Shown here: positions 42,980-55,371 of the stretch, piece after piece
Numbering within the stretch: the first letter of the stretch is position 1
Layout of the letters: each line of letters opens with the position of its first letter
From: Eledone cirrhosa
Taxonomy: Eukaryota
Assembly: GCA_964016885.1 (NCBI GenBank)
Contig: CAXHJY010001750.1
Location: forward strand, 62,001 to 126,000
Direction of reading: 5' to 3'
DNA length: 64,000 nucleotides
Notes under the pieces: generated by a model
Seen by the model: only the letters and a program-made list of their open reading frames with translations
What the model was told of the DNA's origin: nothing
Database searches by the model: none
Translations under genes and position numbers: made by a program

Positions 42980-45099
42980 ACACGCCATATGTGTGGTGAA
43001 AGGGATATGGTACACACAATATTTACAGGTGGGTGAGAAACACATCATCTTAAATAACCTGACATACACTGAGGTAGAGGAAGGGGGCGAATAGTTTTAT
43101 AGAAGTGGAAGGAAGAGGTAGAAATGATAACAAAACAGGACACAACGAAACAGCCTTTTGAACCTGCTAAAAACAACAGCCAAATCTCCTTCAAATCACA
43201 CCATACTGATTTTTAAAGGAGACGTTAGATAATTATATATATATTGGAAAATGTGTGAGACCCTTGGTACAGTTAGGTATATTTGAAGAAAGGGAAAGGA
43301 TGACTTCACTTGTAGTCCTAAACAATTTGATTTAATTTTATAAAATAAAATTAAATCAAATTGTTTAAAACTACAAGTAAAGTCATTCTTTTCCTTTTTT
43401 TTTCAAATAAATAAATATATATATATATAACATTTGCATGCAGATGCTATAGTCACGATGCGAAGGCCTTTGATCATAGGTATACAGGACAATGTAAGGC
43501 ATGAACCAAAAAAGAAGCCAGCTCTTCATGTGATCGTTCGAATTATTAGAAATAGCAGTTACATACCCATTCAATCATGCTCTATATCATCATTAGGTAA
43601 TGTAATATTCGATACATGATTCTCGAAACACCACCACCACCCCCAAAAATACAAACAAAGAAGGGATGGTCATTGCTCCAACGCTTTTCATAGTAAACAT
43701 TTGGACCTAACTGGGGCTAAACAACAAATGAGTGAAATGAGTCAAACGTGAAAATAGAACCAGAATCTTCCTTCAACCCTCCTTAAAATGAATAGGAAGG
43801 ACATATTTTATAGTGTAATCCTAGATACAGTTTGAAATGTAAAAAAAAAAAAATGGACAATTATAGTCAAAGATGGCTCAATCATAGGTTTGCCAGATCA
43901 AAAATGAGATGGCGGAGCAGGCCCTTGTTTTTATCCATTGTTCCATGATTGCACGGGGCAGACAATGGTTGGGTGGATTTTTATCCTGGTTCCAAGTGAC
44001 GTTAAGCGACTGAAAGTACAAAACTTTCCTCCTTCCCCTTCTTCTAACTTAGTAGTTCGACAAACAGAGAGCGATGAAATAAATACCAAGCCAAAAGAAA
44101 ATATAAATTAGTACTAGGGTTGATATATATGATCACAGTAAAAAGAAAACGAAAAGGCCTAGCTATATATATGTATATATATATATATATATATAGAGAT
44201 AGATATATTTCTTTATTAGCCACAGGGGCACAAAAGAAGGGGACAAATACAAAGGGGGAAGTTTACATACAATAAAAACGTGTAAAATGTTATCACAGAT
44301 GGAATTTAAAAGTTAGTCGATTTTCCCCAATAGAGGGAGAGAGTTTATATGGGTAACACAGACCCCCGAAAAAAATGTGCAACCCTCATCTCCAGGAGTA
44401 CGAAGAGCTTGTACTCCTTTCCTCTCCTCCTCCTTTTCCTCAACCTACAGGCTGATATAGAGAGAAGGCCCATTCACTCGGGCCATTCTCGCCACTTTCA
44501 CCCACCTTTCATAAAACTTGCTGGGGTACAGCACCTCTCTCTCCATCCTGATTCTTCTTCCAAAGTGGTATTTGAAAAAAAGAATCAGTTGTTAGAGATA
44601 GATAGATAGATAGATATATATATAGAGAGAGAGAGAGATATCCCCAGTTAAATTGGGGGTAACCGCAGTTTAAAAAGGTACTCGATACATTAGTTGAGTG
44701 TAAGCATCATTATTTTTGGCAGTATCGGAAGAGGGTCGGACGCCATGCTTTGACGCATAGAGTTACGGCCCTTGCCATTCTGAGTTCAAATCCCGCCGAG
44801 GTCAACTTTGCCTTTCATCTTTACGGGGTCGATAAAATAAATAAAGTACCAGTAATACACTGGATAATTGCTGGCCTTGTGCCAAAAGTAGAAACAATTA
44901 TTTAATATAGAAATGGTTTCTACAGTACTAGAACTGTATCATTCCTACGAATGAAACAGTTTTAGCCCTGTAGAAGCCATTTCTATATTAAATGATATGT
45001 ATGAATATATATACATATATATGTGTGTGTGTGTGTCATTTCACTCCAGAATGAAAACATAGCTAGCATATATATATATATATAATGAAAAATTGAACG

Positions 45100-48000
45100 G
45101 GAACAAAACAGAGAGGCAGTACAACAAATGTTTATTAATTTCACGCTCTTGAGAGTGGGGTGGTGGTGGGGAACGACGTTTCGGGCATAAGCCCTTCTTC
45201 AGGTGAAAAGTGTGTGGGAAGAGAGTTCAAAGGGTGTGTAGGGGAGTGGTGGAGAGACATATAGCAAAAAGAGGGTGAGAGGAAACGGTGCAAATGAAAT
45301 TAAAAATAAAGGCATGATCAAAATAAAATTAAAATGGGGTAAAACAGGTGGTGGAAGGGTGTGGGGCGTGTAGGGGTGGTAGTGGGTGAGTGGGGAGAGG
45401 GAGACGGGGTGTCCGAGCGAGGAGGGCTGAAGGTGGTGTGTGTGTGTATGTGAAAGCAAGAGTTGGGGGAAGAACGGGGTTGCATGTTCAGGAAGAGGTG
45501 TGTGTGGGGTGGGGGGGGGGGGGTGCGTGTGTGGATAAAGGGGTGGGGGGAGAGGAATCCGGAGGCTGAATGTGTAAATATGTGGTGGTACGCACGTGTG
45601 TGTGTGGTGTTTAAGCGTGTTGTGGGTGTAGGTGGCGTGTGGGAAAAAAAAAATTATTTTTGGGTGTGTCATAAAGGTGATTCCTTAAGATGTGGTGGGA
45701 TGCTTAATTCCGGGATCAAGGTTCACACACGTGTAAAGAGATTGGTCTGAAGAGGGGAGATGTGGGGTGCGCGCGCAACAGGAAGTGGTCAAGGCAGCAG
45801 GAGTGTGATGTGTCTGTGGTCAGAGGGCATAGAAGCAGTAGGGTAAAATGGTGAGTGTGTGTTGTGTGTCTGTGTGTGCAGGGAGGTGGTCAGAGGGCAT
45901 AGCAGCAGTAGGGTAGAATGGTAAGGGGGAGAGGATGGGTAGGTGTGAAAGTTGGAGTGAGGAGGCGGTGTGTGTGTATTAGTAGAGGTGTTAGTGGGAT
46001 GAGTGTGTGTTTGAGAAAGGGTGTGGGTGGAGCGGGGAGAGAAGGGTGTGGGGGCCGATGGAGGGTGTGTGGTGTACTGGTGTGTGTGTTTGGTGAAGGG
46101 GGTGTTAGTATACAGGAGGTGGAGAAAGGGTTGAATGCGGGTGTGAGTGGGGGGTCAGTGGTGGTAGGTGGTGTAAGAGGGTGTGTGTGTACGTGTGCGT
46201 AGGGTTGGGGGGTGTTAGTGATGTTAGTTGCGTGTAGGGTGGGTGGTGTAAGTGGGTGTGTGTGTTCGTGTGCTTGGGGTCAGGGGGTGTTAGTGATGTT
46301 AGTTGCGGGGTGGTGGGGTGGATGTGTGGTGGTGAGGGTTAGTGGTGGTGGTAGTAGGGTGTGTGTTTAGTGTGAGCGCGTGTATATATGTGCCGGTGGG
46401 TGTGTGCGTGTGATAAGGAGGGGGGAGGAGAGAAGGGAGGGATGTAAGTATGTTAGTTGGGGAAGGGTGGTCGGATGTGGGGTGGAGTGGAGGTGTTAGT
46501 AGTGTTAGTTGTGGGGTGGGCGGTGAAAAGGAGGGGTGTGTTAGTGGTGTTAGTGGGGGATATGTGTGAGTGGAGGGGGGCGGTCGAAGGCTAAAGGAAT
46601 AAGGGTGGGGAGTTCAGGCCGGGGGGGAGTGTGGGTCTGTAAGATGAAGATGGTTCGTTGTTCAACTCTGAGGAGATTGGCCGGTGTTCCGTGGCATTGG
46701 AGTAGGCCACAGACTGTGAGATGGCGTGCGGAATGTCCAGGGGCACCAAAGTGGCGGGCGATGGGGGAACTACCACCGAGACAAATATCCCGGAGGTGCT
46801 CAGTGAATCGGTCCGCCAGGCGACGTCCAGTCTGTCCGACGTAAGTCGCGCTGCACTCCGTGCAGCGAAGTCCGTAGACTAGGTTGGAGGAGGTGCAGCG
46901 GAAGGCATGCCGGACAGAGAGAGTGTGGCCGTTGGGACCCTGGAAGGTGGTCGTGTTGGTGATGTGGGGACAGATGTTGCAGCGGGGCGTAGAACAGGGA
47001 AAGGAACCGGGGTGGGGGGGCGTGGGTTGGGGGTAGGGAGCTGTGGACGAGGAGGGTGCGGAGATTGCGTGCGTGTTTGAAAGAGGGGAGTGGTGGGGCT
47101 GGGAAGATGTGGGAGGTGGAGGGGTATGGTGGAGGGGTGGTAGGTGATGGGGAAGGGGAGACGGTGGGTGGGTGGCGTGAGGTGAGGGTGGTGGAGCGGT
47201 GGACAGCACGGGCGCGGGTGAGAGCGGTGTGAACGAGAGAGTGGGGGTAACCTCTGCGGATGAAATGGCTGACTAGGGAAAGGGCCTGGGACTCAAAGTC
47301 GGCATCTCGGCTCCAGATCCTGAGGAGTTGGTAGTAGGGAATAGAGCGTTTAGTGTGTGTGGGGTGGGAAGAGGTGAATCCGAGGTAAGAGTGGAAGTCG
47401 GTGGGTTTGAAGAAGGCGGAGGTGACGTTCGAAGGCGACGGAGATGTCTAAGAAGTGGACGTGGGTGGTGGAGATAGAGGTGGTGAAGTGGAGGGAGGGG
47501 TGGAAGGAGCAGAAGGAGAGAAAGGAGTCGAGCTGTTCTCGGGTGAGGGTCGTGGCTCCGATACAGTCGTCGATGTAACGACCGTACAGTTCGGGCGTGG
47601 GGCCGGTGTACTGGGCAAAAATTTGGGCCTCAACATGGCCAACAAAAAGGTTGGCATAGTTTGGGCCCATGGCTACCCCCGTGACCTGTTGGTAAAACTC
47701 ACCCGAGAAGGAGAAATAATTGAGGGTGAGGACCAGCTCGGCGAGGCGAAGGAGGGTGGGGGTGGAGGGAATGGGGGAGGAGCGAAGGTCGAGGTAGTGT
47801 TTGAGGGCGCGTAGGCCGTCGGCGTGGGGGATGACGGTATAGAGGGACTTGATGTCTAGGGTGAAGAGGAAGGGCTGTGGGCCGGGTGGGTAGGTGAAGG
47901 AGTCGAAAAGGCGCAGGGCGTGGTTGGTGTCGGAGATGTGGGAGGGGAGGGTGGTGATAAGGGGGGGGGGGGGATGGAGTCGAGAAAGGCGGAGATGAGT

Positions 48001-48210
48001 TCGGTGGGGCAGTTGCAAGCGGAGACGATGGGGCGGCCGGGGTTGTCGGGTTTGTGGAGTTTGGGGAGGAAGTAGATGGTGGGGGTGCGGACGATGAGGT
48101 GGGAAGCGGTGGGAGGGAGGAGGAGACAAGGTGTTGGATGGTGGAGGAAACTTGTTGTTGGTAGAGGGGTGTGGGATCGGAGGGTAGAGGGCGGTAGAAG
48201 AGGGGGTTAC
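45100..48210 (-). mobile_element. Penelope-like retroelement (Neptune-type), 5'-truncated and frameshifted; RT + Cys linker + GIY-YIG endonuclease + long 3' region
   Basis: ORF 47350-48129 has RT motifs LFTLDIKSLYTVIPH, GVAMG, YGRYIDD, VHFLDISV. ORF 46550-47209 has CSTPRCNIC, CTSSNLVYGLRCTECSATYVGQTGRRLADRFTEH (GIY-YIG) and IARHF. Hammerhead near the 3' end. Confidence 0.93.
45173..45204 (-). ncRNA. Minimal hammerhead ribozyme of the Penelope pLTR
   Basis: Minus strand CUGAAGA-A-GGGC-UUAU-GCCC-GAAA-CG-UC: intact core, 4-bp stem II, palindromic ACGU stem III, weak stem I. Confidence 0.8.
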
Positions 48211-48223
48211 GGATATATATATA

Positions 48224-48580
48224 TGCAGAGGTTATATTTAATTTGTTGGACAAGCTTAAACATTTTTTATAACTGATATAAAGCACTCAACAAATGGGTG
48301 GATAGTGGATATCCAGCGAATTTCAACCGTTGAGGTTGTCTTTTTCCGGGTATGTCAATATTTATTTATAAAACAAATCTGTATTTTATCTGATGAAAGC
48401 GCACCATAATTTACCTTGGTCGCCCTTGAAATATATATAATAAAATAATTATGGTTTTATAAATATAGTTTCCATTTATTAATATATTGTATTTACTCCA
48501 CTAACTTGTTGAGTGCTTTATAACAGTTATAAAAATGTTTAAGCTTGTTGAATCCCAACAAATTAAATATAACTTCTGCA
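48224..48580 (+). mobile_element. Non-autonomous hammerhead-bearing fold-back element in (TA)n
   Basis: About 70-bp inverted termini (48224-48295 vs 48506-48580), internal hammerhead, flanked by (TA)n. Second copy on the minus strand at about 10705-10910. Confidence 0.75.
48382..48447 (+). ncRNA. Type I hammerhead ribozyme inside a fold-back element
   Basis: UAUUUUAU-CUGAUGA-AAGCGCACCA..UGGUCGCCCUU-GAAA-UAUAUA-UA|AUAAAAUA; perfect 8-bp stem I; same family as 10839-10904. Confidence 0.8.
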
Positions 48581-49404
48581 TATATATATATGTGCAACCA
48601 CGCAGCACGCCATTTTTCATATATATATATATATATACTCACACGCACGTGTGTATAGAACTATCTAGAAACTGAAAGTGCTCACACATAATACAATATG
48701 TGTGTATGTCACTGCATGTTTTTCTACGGTCTTCCATACATCATTGTATGCTAGTTGCTAGTAAAAAGATATTAGGAGAGAGAGAGAGATGAAGTGAGCG
48801 CCACTACAACTAGTGAAAGTCGTTGTAGTAGTCGGGGCGATGGCGGCGGTGGTGGAAGGTGATTTGATGTTCGGTTATGGGGTCAAGTAAAATAGAAATC
48901 TTTAAGTGCAGATATTAAACAAGTGTCAGTGAGAGAAGGGGAGGTTGGGAGGGAGTAACAGGTGAAATAAGGGGTGTAGTGGTAGGAATAAGAGCAATAG
49001 ATACCGGATGAACTTGAGAAATGGTATGGTGGTGGTCACAGTGGTGTTGGTGTTGAGGTAATGAAAGTTGAGGTGGTGTTAGTGACGTGTGGTAGTGCTG
49101 TTGGTGGTGGTTGCGACAGTAGTATAAATGGTAATGTTCGTTGTGGATGAAGAAAAAGTAAAACAGCCACAGCAAAGCAACAACAACAAAAGAAAAGCGA
49201 CAATAAACAAAAAGGAAAAGGCTCTGATCCCTTAAACAACTGTTTTTACGATTTTAGGTGTGAATGTTCCGTCTGAAAAGACAGACCGTGCCATGTCAAG
49301 TTACAATAGTTACTTGACATGGCACAGTCTGTCTTTTCAGATATGTCCCAAGGCTCTGATACCAACACCATAAACACAGAGCTGGCATATCTAAGAACTG
49401 ACTA

Positions 49405-49451
49405 ACTGCCTGATGAGGTCATAACCATTCAATCGAAATATATATAGCAGT
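49405..49451 (+). ncRNA. Minimal type I hammerhead ribozyme
   Basis: ACUGC-CUGAUGA-GGU..AUC-GAAA-UAUAUA-UA|GCAGU; perfect 5-bp stem I, weak stem II, palindromic stem III. Confidence 0.72.
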
Positions 49452-49504
49452 AAATAAAGGATTATGAGTTCATGCAATTGACTTATGTTTCGTCACTATA
49501 TATA

Positions 49505-49540
<36 letters not shown>

Positions 49541-49833
49541 CAGAAGCCTGACATTATTTATGTAAGCGGACGGTACTTGATTTAGGAGCCGCAGAAACCC
49601 AAATACTGGATTTTACCAACCTTCCAGGGGTCCGGGTAAATTTTCAATACCCGAATTACTTGATCGTTTTTTGGGCTATGCGAATGATTGTTTAACCATC
49701 GTCTCAGTGTGTTTGGCGTTTAACGTTTGTCATAGCTCTGGTTCATCTGAACCATTGAGCACTTGCCTCACATCTCGGAGGTTGCTTTTCGTTATTTCGT
49801 GGGCCGAAATGCGAATCTCGATAATTTATGTTT

Positions 49834-49874
<41 letters not shown>

Positions 49875-49884
49875 TATAAGTTAA

Positions 49885-50105
49885 AACAGAAAACAAAAAC
49901 AAAGAGTGCAGTACAAAGTGTTAGTATTAGGTTCACGCTTGAGAGTGGGGGTGGGACGCGACGTTTCTGGCATAAGCTCTTCATCAGGAGAAAAGTGGGA
50001 AGGAAAAGAGTTCCGAGGGTGTGAGGGGGAGTGGTGGAAAGACATTAAAAAGGGGGTGGGAAATGAAGGGAAAGAAAAAAAAAATTAAAATTAAACAAGT
50101 GGTGA
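49885..50105 (-). mobile_element. Second, diverged copy of the Penelope terminal (pLTR-like) segment
   Basis: Aligns by eye with 45100-45330 (aacaaaac..ttcacgct..gagagtgggg..gacgtttc.ggcataagc.cttc.tcagg.gaaaagtg..ggggagtggtgga), same orientation. Confidence 0.8.
49958..49990 (-). ncRNA. Minimal hammerhead, degenerate (pLTR copy)
   Basis: Minus strand CUGAUGA-A-GAGC-UUAU-GCCA-GAAA-CG-UC; stem II damaged. Confidence 0.6.
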
Positions 50106-50126
50106 ATATATATAATATAGAAATGG

Positions 50127-50174
50127 CTTCTACAGGACTAGAACTGTTTCATTCGGAGAGAAATCATCAGGAAG
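50127..50174 (-). ncRNA. Type I hammerhead ribozyme
   Basis: CUUC-CUGAUGA-UUUC(UCUCC)GAAU-GAAA-CAG(UUCUAGUC)CUG-UA|GAAG; all three stems present but with a U-U closure of stem II. Related degenerate copies near 42485, 44950, 54350, 55575, 55750. Confidence 0.7.
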
Positions 50175-50840
50175 TCGACTAAGTCGAGTAATATGGTGGT
50201 AGGAGAGGGTGGAGGTCATTGGTTGATGGATTTAACGCGCGTCACCAACCAATAAACGTAATGAAGGAGTAACCAATCTTGTTATCTTATTTCACTATAA
50301 TACACTCTGTCTAGCTCTACACCTCGACACTTACGCTGCTGGTACACGTGTCTGGAACGCTCAACCACTTGAACGTTAAGTTCTTAAGCAAGCTGTTCGG
50401 TTGATCGAACAACTGTAACATTGATCGTCGATATCGACGATGGTCCATTCCACCCCACCCATCCACATAAATACATGCATGCATACTTCCACTGTCTAAA
50501 TATAGTGAATGAAGGAAAAATCCCAATCAACTGAGACCATCCTTATCATTTTCATGACCAAAACTTCCTGTAGGAGTGTCCAGTCATAGAAGCATGAACC
50601 CGATATCCATGTTTTGCACATTGACCAGTGAAGATACACAGACCTAATGGTGACTCATTTCATAGTCTTTTTTGTTTTGTTTTGTTTTGTTTTGTTGTTT
50701 TTTTCAGCTAGTATTTGCACACGCCCACTACGCAGGTAACAATTGCAACACTTGACATTTTCACCAAAACGATACATCCCTTGATGTATCTTGAGCTGAG
50801 ATCACCAGTGCTTCGTTATCTCTTTTTCGATCACTGCAGT

Positions 50841-50996
50841 TAGTGCCGGATTTACCATTGTGCTTAAGCACAGGGCCCCGTTGGCCAAGGGAAGCCATCT
50901 TCCTGCCAAAAAAACGTTTTACGATGAATTTTTCAAATGTTTTAGGACTCACAACTTAACTAGCACAGGGCCTCATTTGTCCTGAATCCGGCACTG
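50841..50996. mobile_element. hAT-type MITE
   Basis: agtgccggatt / aatccggcact TIRs; degenerate 8-bp TSD actgcagt / gctgcaga. Confidence 0.7.
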
Positions 50997-52414
50997 GCTG
51001 CAGAACCAAACCCCTAAGACCTTTCATTCAAATATTTGTCGTTCATTCACCAATTATTCATGCAATGCCTTTCCAACTACTGCATGTCTTTTGGCAGCAA
51101 TGACTCAAGACTCTTCTGTACTATCGAGCTGTATGTGTATGCATGTGAGTATACATCCATATATGACTGAATGAATACATATCTATAAAATTCTGTTAAG
51201 TTAAAAAGTCCTCACTCAAAAATAAATATAATTGTTTCTACTATTAGCACAAGGCCAGAAATTACTCAGTACATTACTGGTACTTTATTTTATCGACCCC
51301 GTAAGGATGAAAGGCAAAGTTAACCTCGGCGGGATTTGAACTCAGAATGGCAAGAGCCATAACTCTATGCGTCAAAGCATGGCGTCCGACCCTCTACCGA
51401 TACTGCCAATCCACCATACCCGAAGAATATAATGGAAATATGACAGTGGAAAAAAAAGCAGCGGGGAGGAGAGACAGTCTGCACCACTTTGTAGGAACAG
51501 TAGCTTTCCTTCACCTAGTACAATATATGTAAAGCAAAATTCAACAGTCCAAACTTTGGCCACAAATAATAAGAGAAGTGTTCAGCACTATGTATGTGCG
51601 TGTTGTTAGATCTCCGTCGGATCCGATGAAAAATGTTCCAATTTTATGATCGATGGAACAACCTGCTCGTGAAATCAGGATACCCTTATAGTTCTGAATG
51701 AGGTTCAGGGAGACACGGTTGAGCCTTTGAATTACAAAGTACAACTCATAATTTTTTTCAGTTTGGTGGACTGAAGCAACGTGAAATAAAGTGTCTTTCT
51801 CAATGATACAATGCAGCGTCAAGAATCGAACTCACGACCTTTAGAATCGTGAACCGAACATCCTAACCACCATGCCAAGCATGCATATATATAAGGACGA
51901 CGTGTTACTATTTAAGACCATTATTCAACCTAGTACCCTATAACTCTATACTCAAAAAAAAAAAGTAGGGTGAAGATATAAGGATTATCTGCCCTACAGT
52001 TAAGTATCTACTGACCGTAGGGCATAAAATCCTTATATTTCTATATACACAGCCATCAAGCACATACGGAGATATATAGATATGTGTGTGTGCGTGCTTG
52101 ACGGCTGAGAGGAAAGAAGTAGAGTTTAAATATTCATTTTAAGGCTAAATAGTGAGTCTTGTTACACTGGAGTTTGAATGTTAGTTCTTGTCTGTCTGTC
52201 TGATGACCTTGTGGTAAACAGGCAAAACTCATTATGTAGCCTTAATAAAATGAATATATATACATCGCTCCTTTGTCATGCGTCTCTCAGAGACCAATGT
52301 CTGTCCTTAGGGCATCAACATATGTCATCCTTGGTCTCACTCTTCAAGTAGGACAGAGACCGTTGGAGAGAACTCATCCGTGGATCTCAGGAATATTACC
52401 CGCCCTATATATAT

Positions 52415-52595
52415 ATAGGAAAAAGTATGATCCCAACGGCAGAGCTCAAGCCGTTTCGACGGCTATTTCTGGACGAAACGGCTTGAGCTCTGCCGTTGGA
52501 GTCATACTTTTTCCTATTACCCACTCTACTACCCTAAGTATTGAGTACTCTGGTGCGTTATGGTCCATCTGGTTCCTTACCACATCTCCTTCGTT
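52415..52595 (+). mobile_element. Fold-back element with 3' half of a hammerhead
   Basis: About 43-bp inverted arms containing GAAA-CGGC..GCCG-UU, then an about 80-nt tail ending in (TA)n; paralogue at 54844-55020. Confidence 0.7.
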
Positions 52596-52872
52596 ATATA
52601 TATATATATATATAAAGTCTGTCTTAATCCAGAAGGCTCATTTGGGCGGTGCTTATCCCGGTTTCATGGCGTGAAGCGACTGAGAGTACAAGGCACCCCA
52701 CTGGACAGGAAACCAGTCCATTGCAGAGTTAATTAAACCCCCAGCTATTGCTGGTACTCATTTTCAGCTGAGTATACCGGAGTAACGTAAAATGAAGTGT
52801 TTTGCTCAAGAACACAACATGCAACCCAGGAATCGAACCCACGACATTATGATCGTAAGTCTAACACCCTTG

Positions 52873-52926
<54 letters not shown>

Positions 52927-54427
52927 GCAAACATTTCATAATGCGTTCCACAGATTCCATCAATTTATCACCACTCGCTCCGTTGTTCTAAATAATTGTT
53001 TCTACGTTTGGCACAAGGCCAGCAATTACCCAGTGCATTACTGGTACTTTATTTTATCGACCCCGTAAGGATGAAAGGCAAAGTTAACCTCGGCGGGATT
53101 TGAACTCAGAATGGAAAGGGCTGTAACTCTTTGCGTCAAAGCATGGCGTCCGACCCTCTACTGATACTGCCAATCCACTGCCTTGTTCTAAATAATAACC
53201 ACGAACAAGATATCTATCTAACGCAGACCAAAATTCCACAAATCCTGGTATGGAGGTGCTTGGGGGTGGGCTGGGGCTGAGGGTAGTGGTGATTATTGAC
53301 CCCCGGGGTTAAATTTGTTACATATTATTATTATTATCAATCCGAGAACCAAAATTAGATAGAAAGAACTAGTATATGATTTGAACTAGGAACCGAGAGA
53401 AGGTTCGTTCAGTAGTAGGTCGAGTCGAGACTAGCAGAAATCGTTAAAAGGTTAAATAAATAAGGTAAAGGAAAGCAAATATATATATATGAGTTTATGT
53501 GTGTGTGTGTATGTGTGTGTGTATATAAATATATATATATGTATGTATTTGTGTTGGTCGTCGTCACTCCAAGACAGTAAGAACACTGAACAAGTGTTTC
53601 ATATAATGTTCGGTAAGAGAGTGACGGAGGAAAGGAGAGGAGGGGGGTAAAGTACGAGGCAGACAGTCAGTCGGTGTATATAGGCCTCTGTCTGTGTGTC
53701 TGTGTGTGTCTATGCTGCTTTACTAACCATACTTGCTGATAATGGTGAGTGATGATGACGATGATGATGATGATAAATAACGGTGCGGCTGATTGTCGTG
53801 GTGGTGGCGGCGGCGGCGGTAACGATGGTTGGCCTTTCTACCATCTATCTACCACACTACCAGTAAGTTTTAAAAACCACCAACAGAGCAAAGAACCAAT
53901 CTCTCTCTCTCTCACACAGAGACAGACAGAGAGAGAGATATATATATATACGTATATATATATATTGAAGAGAAGTAATTTCTAAAAGACTAATTCTATC
54001 CGATTCTGTGGTGAAATCACCAGATATGGAATGAAACTGCGCCAGTCCTGTAGGAGTCACTTCAATTCGAAATAAAATCCATTACCCTCCCTCACTTCAA
54101 ATGCTGTCTCCTGCCGTTCTTATATATACACTACGTGTGTTTGTGGATATCATCATCATCATCAAATATATATATATATATGGAGGAAAGGTTAGTTGTT
54201 ACCAGTATGACCGTTATTCAACTAAGTACTCAATACTTTAAAGTGTAGTGGAGAGGGCATTTATCACAAGACCATTTGAGCTGTCGAAACAGTTTAGGCT
54301 CCACTGTCAAAATCACATGCCATGAATAATGCATACACACATTATACAAGACTAAAACTGTTTCATTCGTATGAACTCCCCTGGAATGTCCATATATATA
54401 TATTGTACTACAATAAAACTCACCTCC

Positions 54428-54489
<62 letters not shown>

Positions 54490-54843
54490 GGAGGTGAGTT
54501 TTATTGTAGTACAATAAAGCAATGCAGATATCGGATAAGAAGCACTCTACAGTTTGTAGGACTGGAGTATACATAATATATAAGAACAAAAGATGGTTAA
54601 AATACATGGAACTCTTTTAACCATCTTTTGTTCTTATATATATATATATATATATCATATCAATTTTGAATTGACCGCATGCGGTCTTTTTTACGAGTAT
54701 GTCACATTTTATACATCTAATATTGTATTTTGTCTGAATAAGGCATACTATAAATTAGTATCCTTGAAATATATATAACGAAATATATTATGATGCTATA
54801 GTGATATATTCCATTTATTACTATTATTATTTTATATATATAT

Positions 54844-55020
54844 ATAGGAACAAGTAAGACCCCGACGGCTGAGCTCAAGCCGTTTCGACGGCTAATTCTG
54901 GAGTCGAAACGGCTTGAGCTCAGCCGTCGGGGTCTTACTTGTTCCTATTACCCACTCTACTACCCTAAGTATTGAGTACTTTGGTGCGTTTTGGTCCACC
55001 TGGTTCCTTACCACATTTCC
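54844..55020 (+). mobile_element. Fold-back element with 3' half of a hammerhead
   Basis: Perfect 46-bp arms (54844-54889 / 54903-54948) with GUC-GAAA-CGGC..GCCG-UC; tail nearly identical to 52517-52590; (TA)n flanks. Confidence 0.75.
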
Positions 55021-55073
55021 TTATATATATATATATATATATATAAGTCCACCTGGTTCCTTACCACATTTCG

Positions 55074-55136
<63 letters not shown>

Positions 55137-55192
55137 AGGTTAACGGGACTAGCATAAGGTCTCCCTGCTAGTATATGTGAGTGCGTGTGTGA

Positions 55193-55226
<34 letters not shown>

Positions 55227-55237
55227 ATTCCTTACTA

Positions 55238-55297
55238 TTCTTTCTGACGACTGAAGACATATAAATACCTGTCCTCAAGAAACCACTGGTAAATGAA
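55238..55297 (+). ncRNA. Hammerhead ribozyme, partly degenerate
   Basis: CUGACGA-CUGAAGACA..UGUCCUCAA-GAAA-CC(ACU)GG-UA|AAUGAA. The downstream tail (ataattat..tgttgtttattacat) matches that of the 11127-11203 element. Confidence 0.6.
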
Positions 55298-55327
55298 ATA
55301 ATTATCTAATGTTGTTTATTACATAAC

Positions 55328-55371
<44 letters not shown>

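Noticed and set aside
52195-52245. Hammerhead at CTGATGA-CCTTGT..ACAGG
   Set aside because: GAAA is replaced by CAAAA and stems I and III do not pair; at most a decayed relic.
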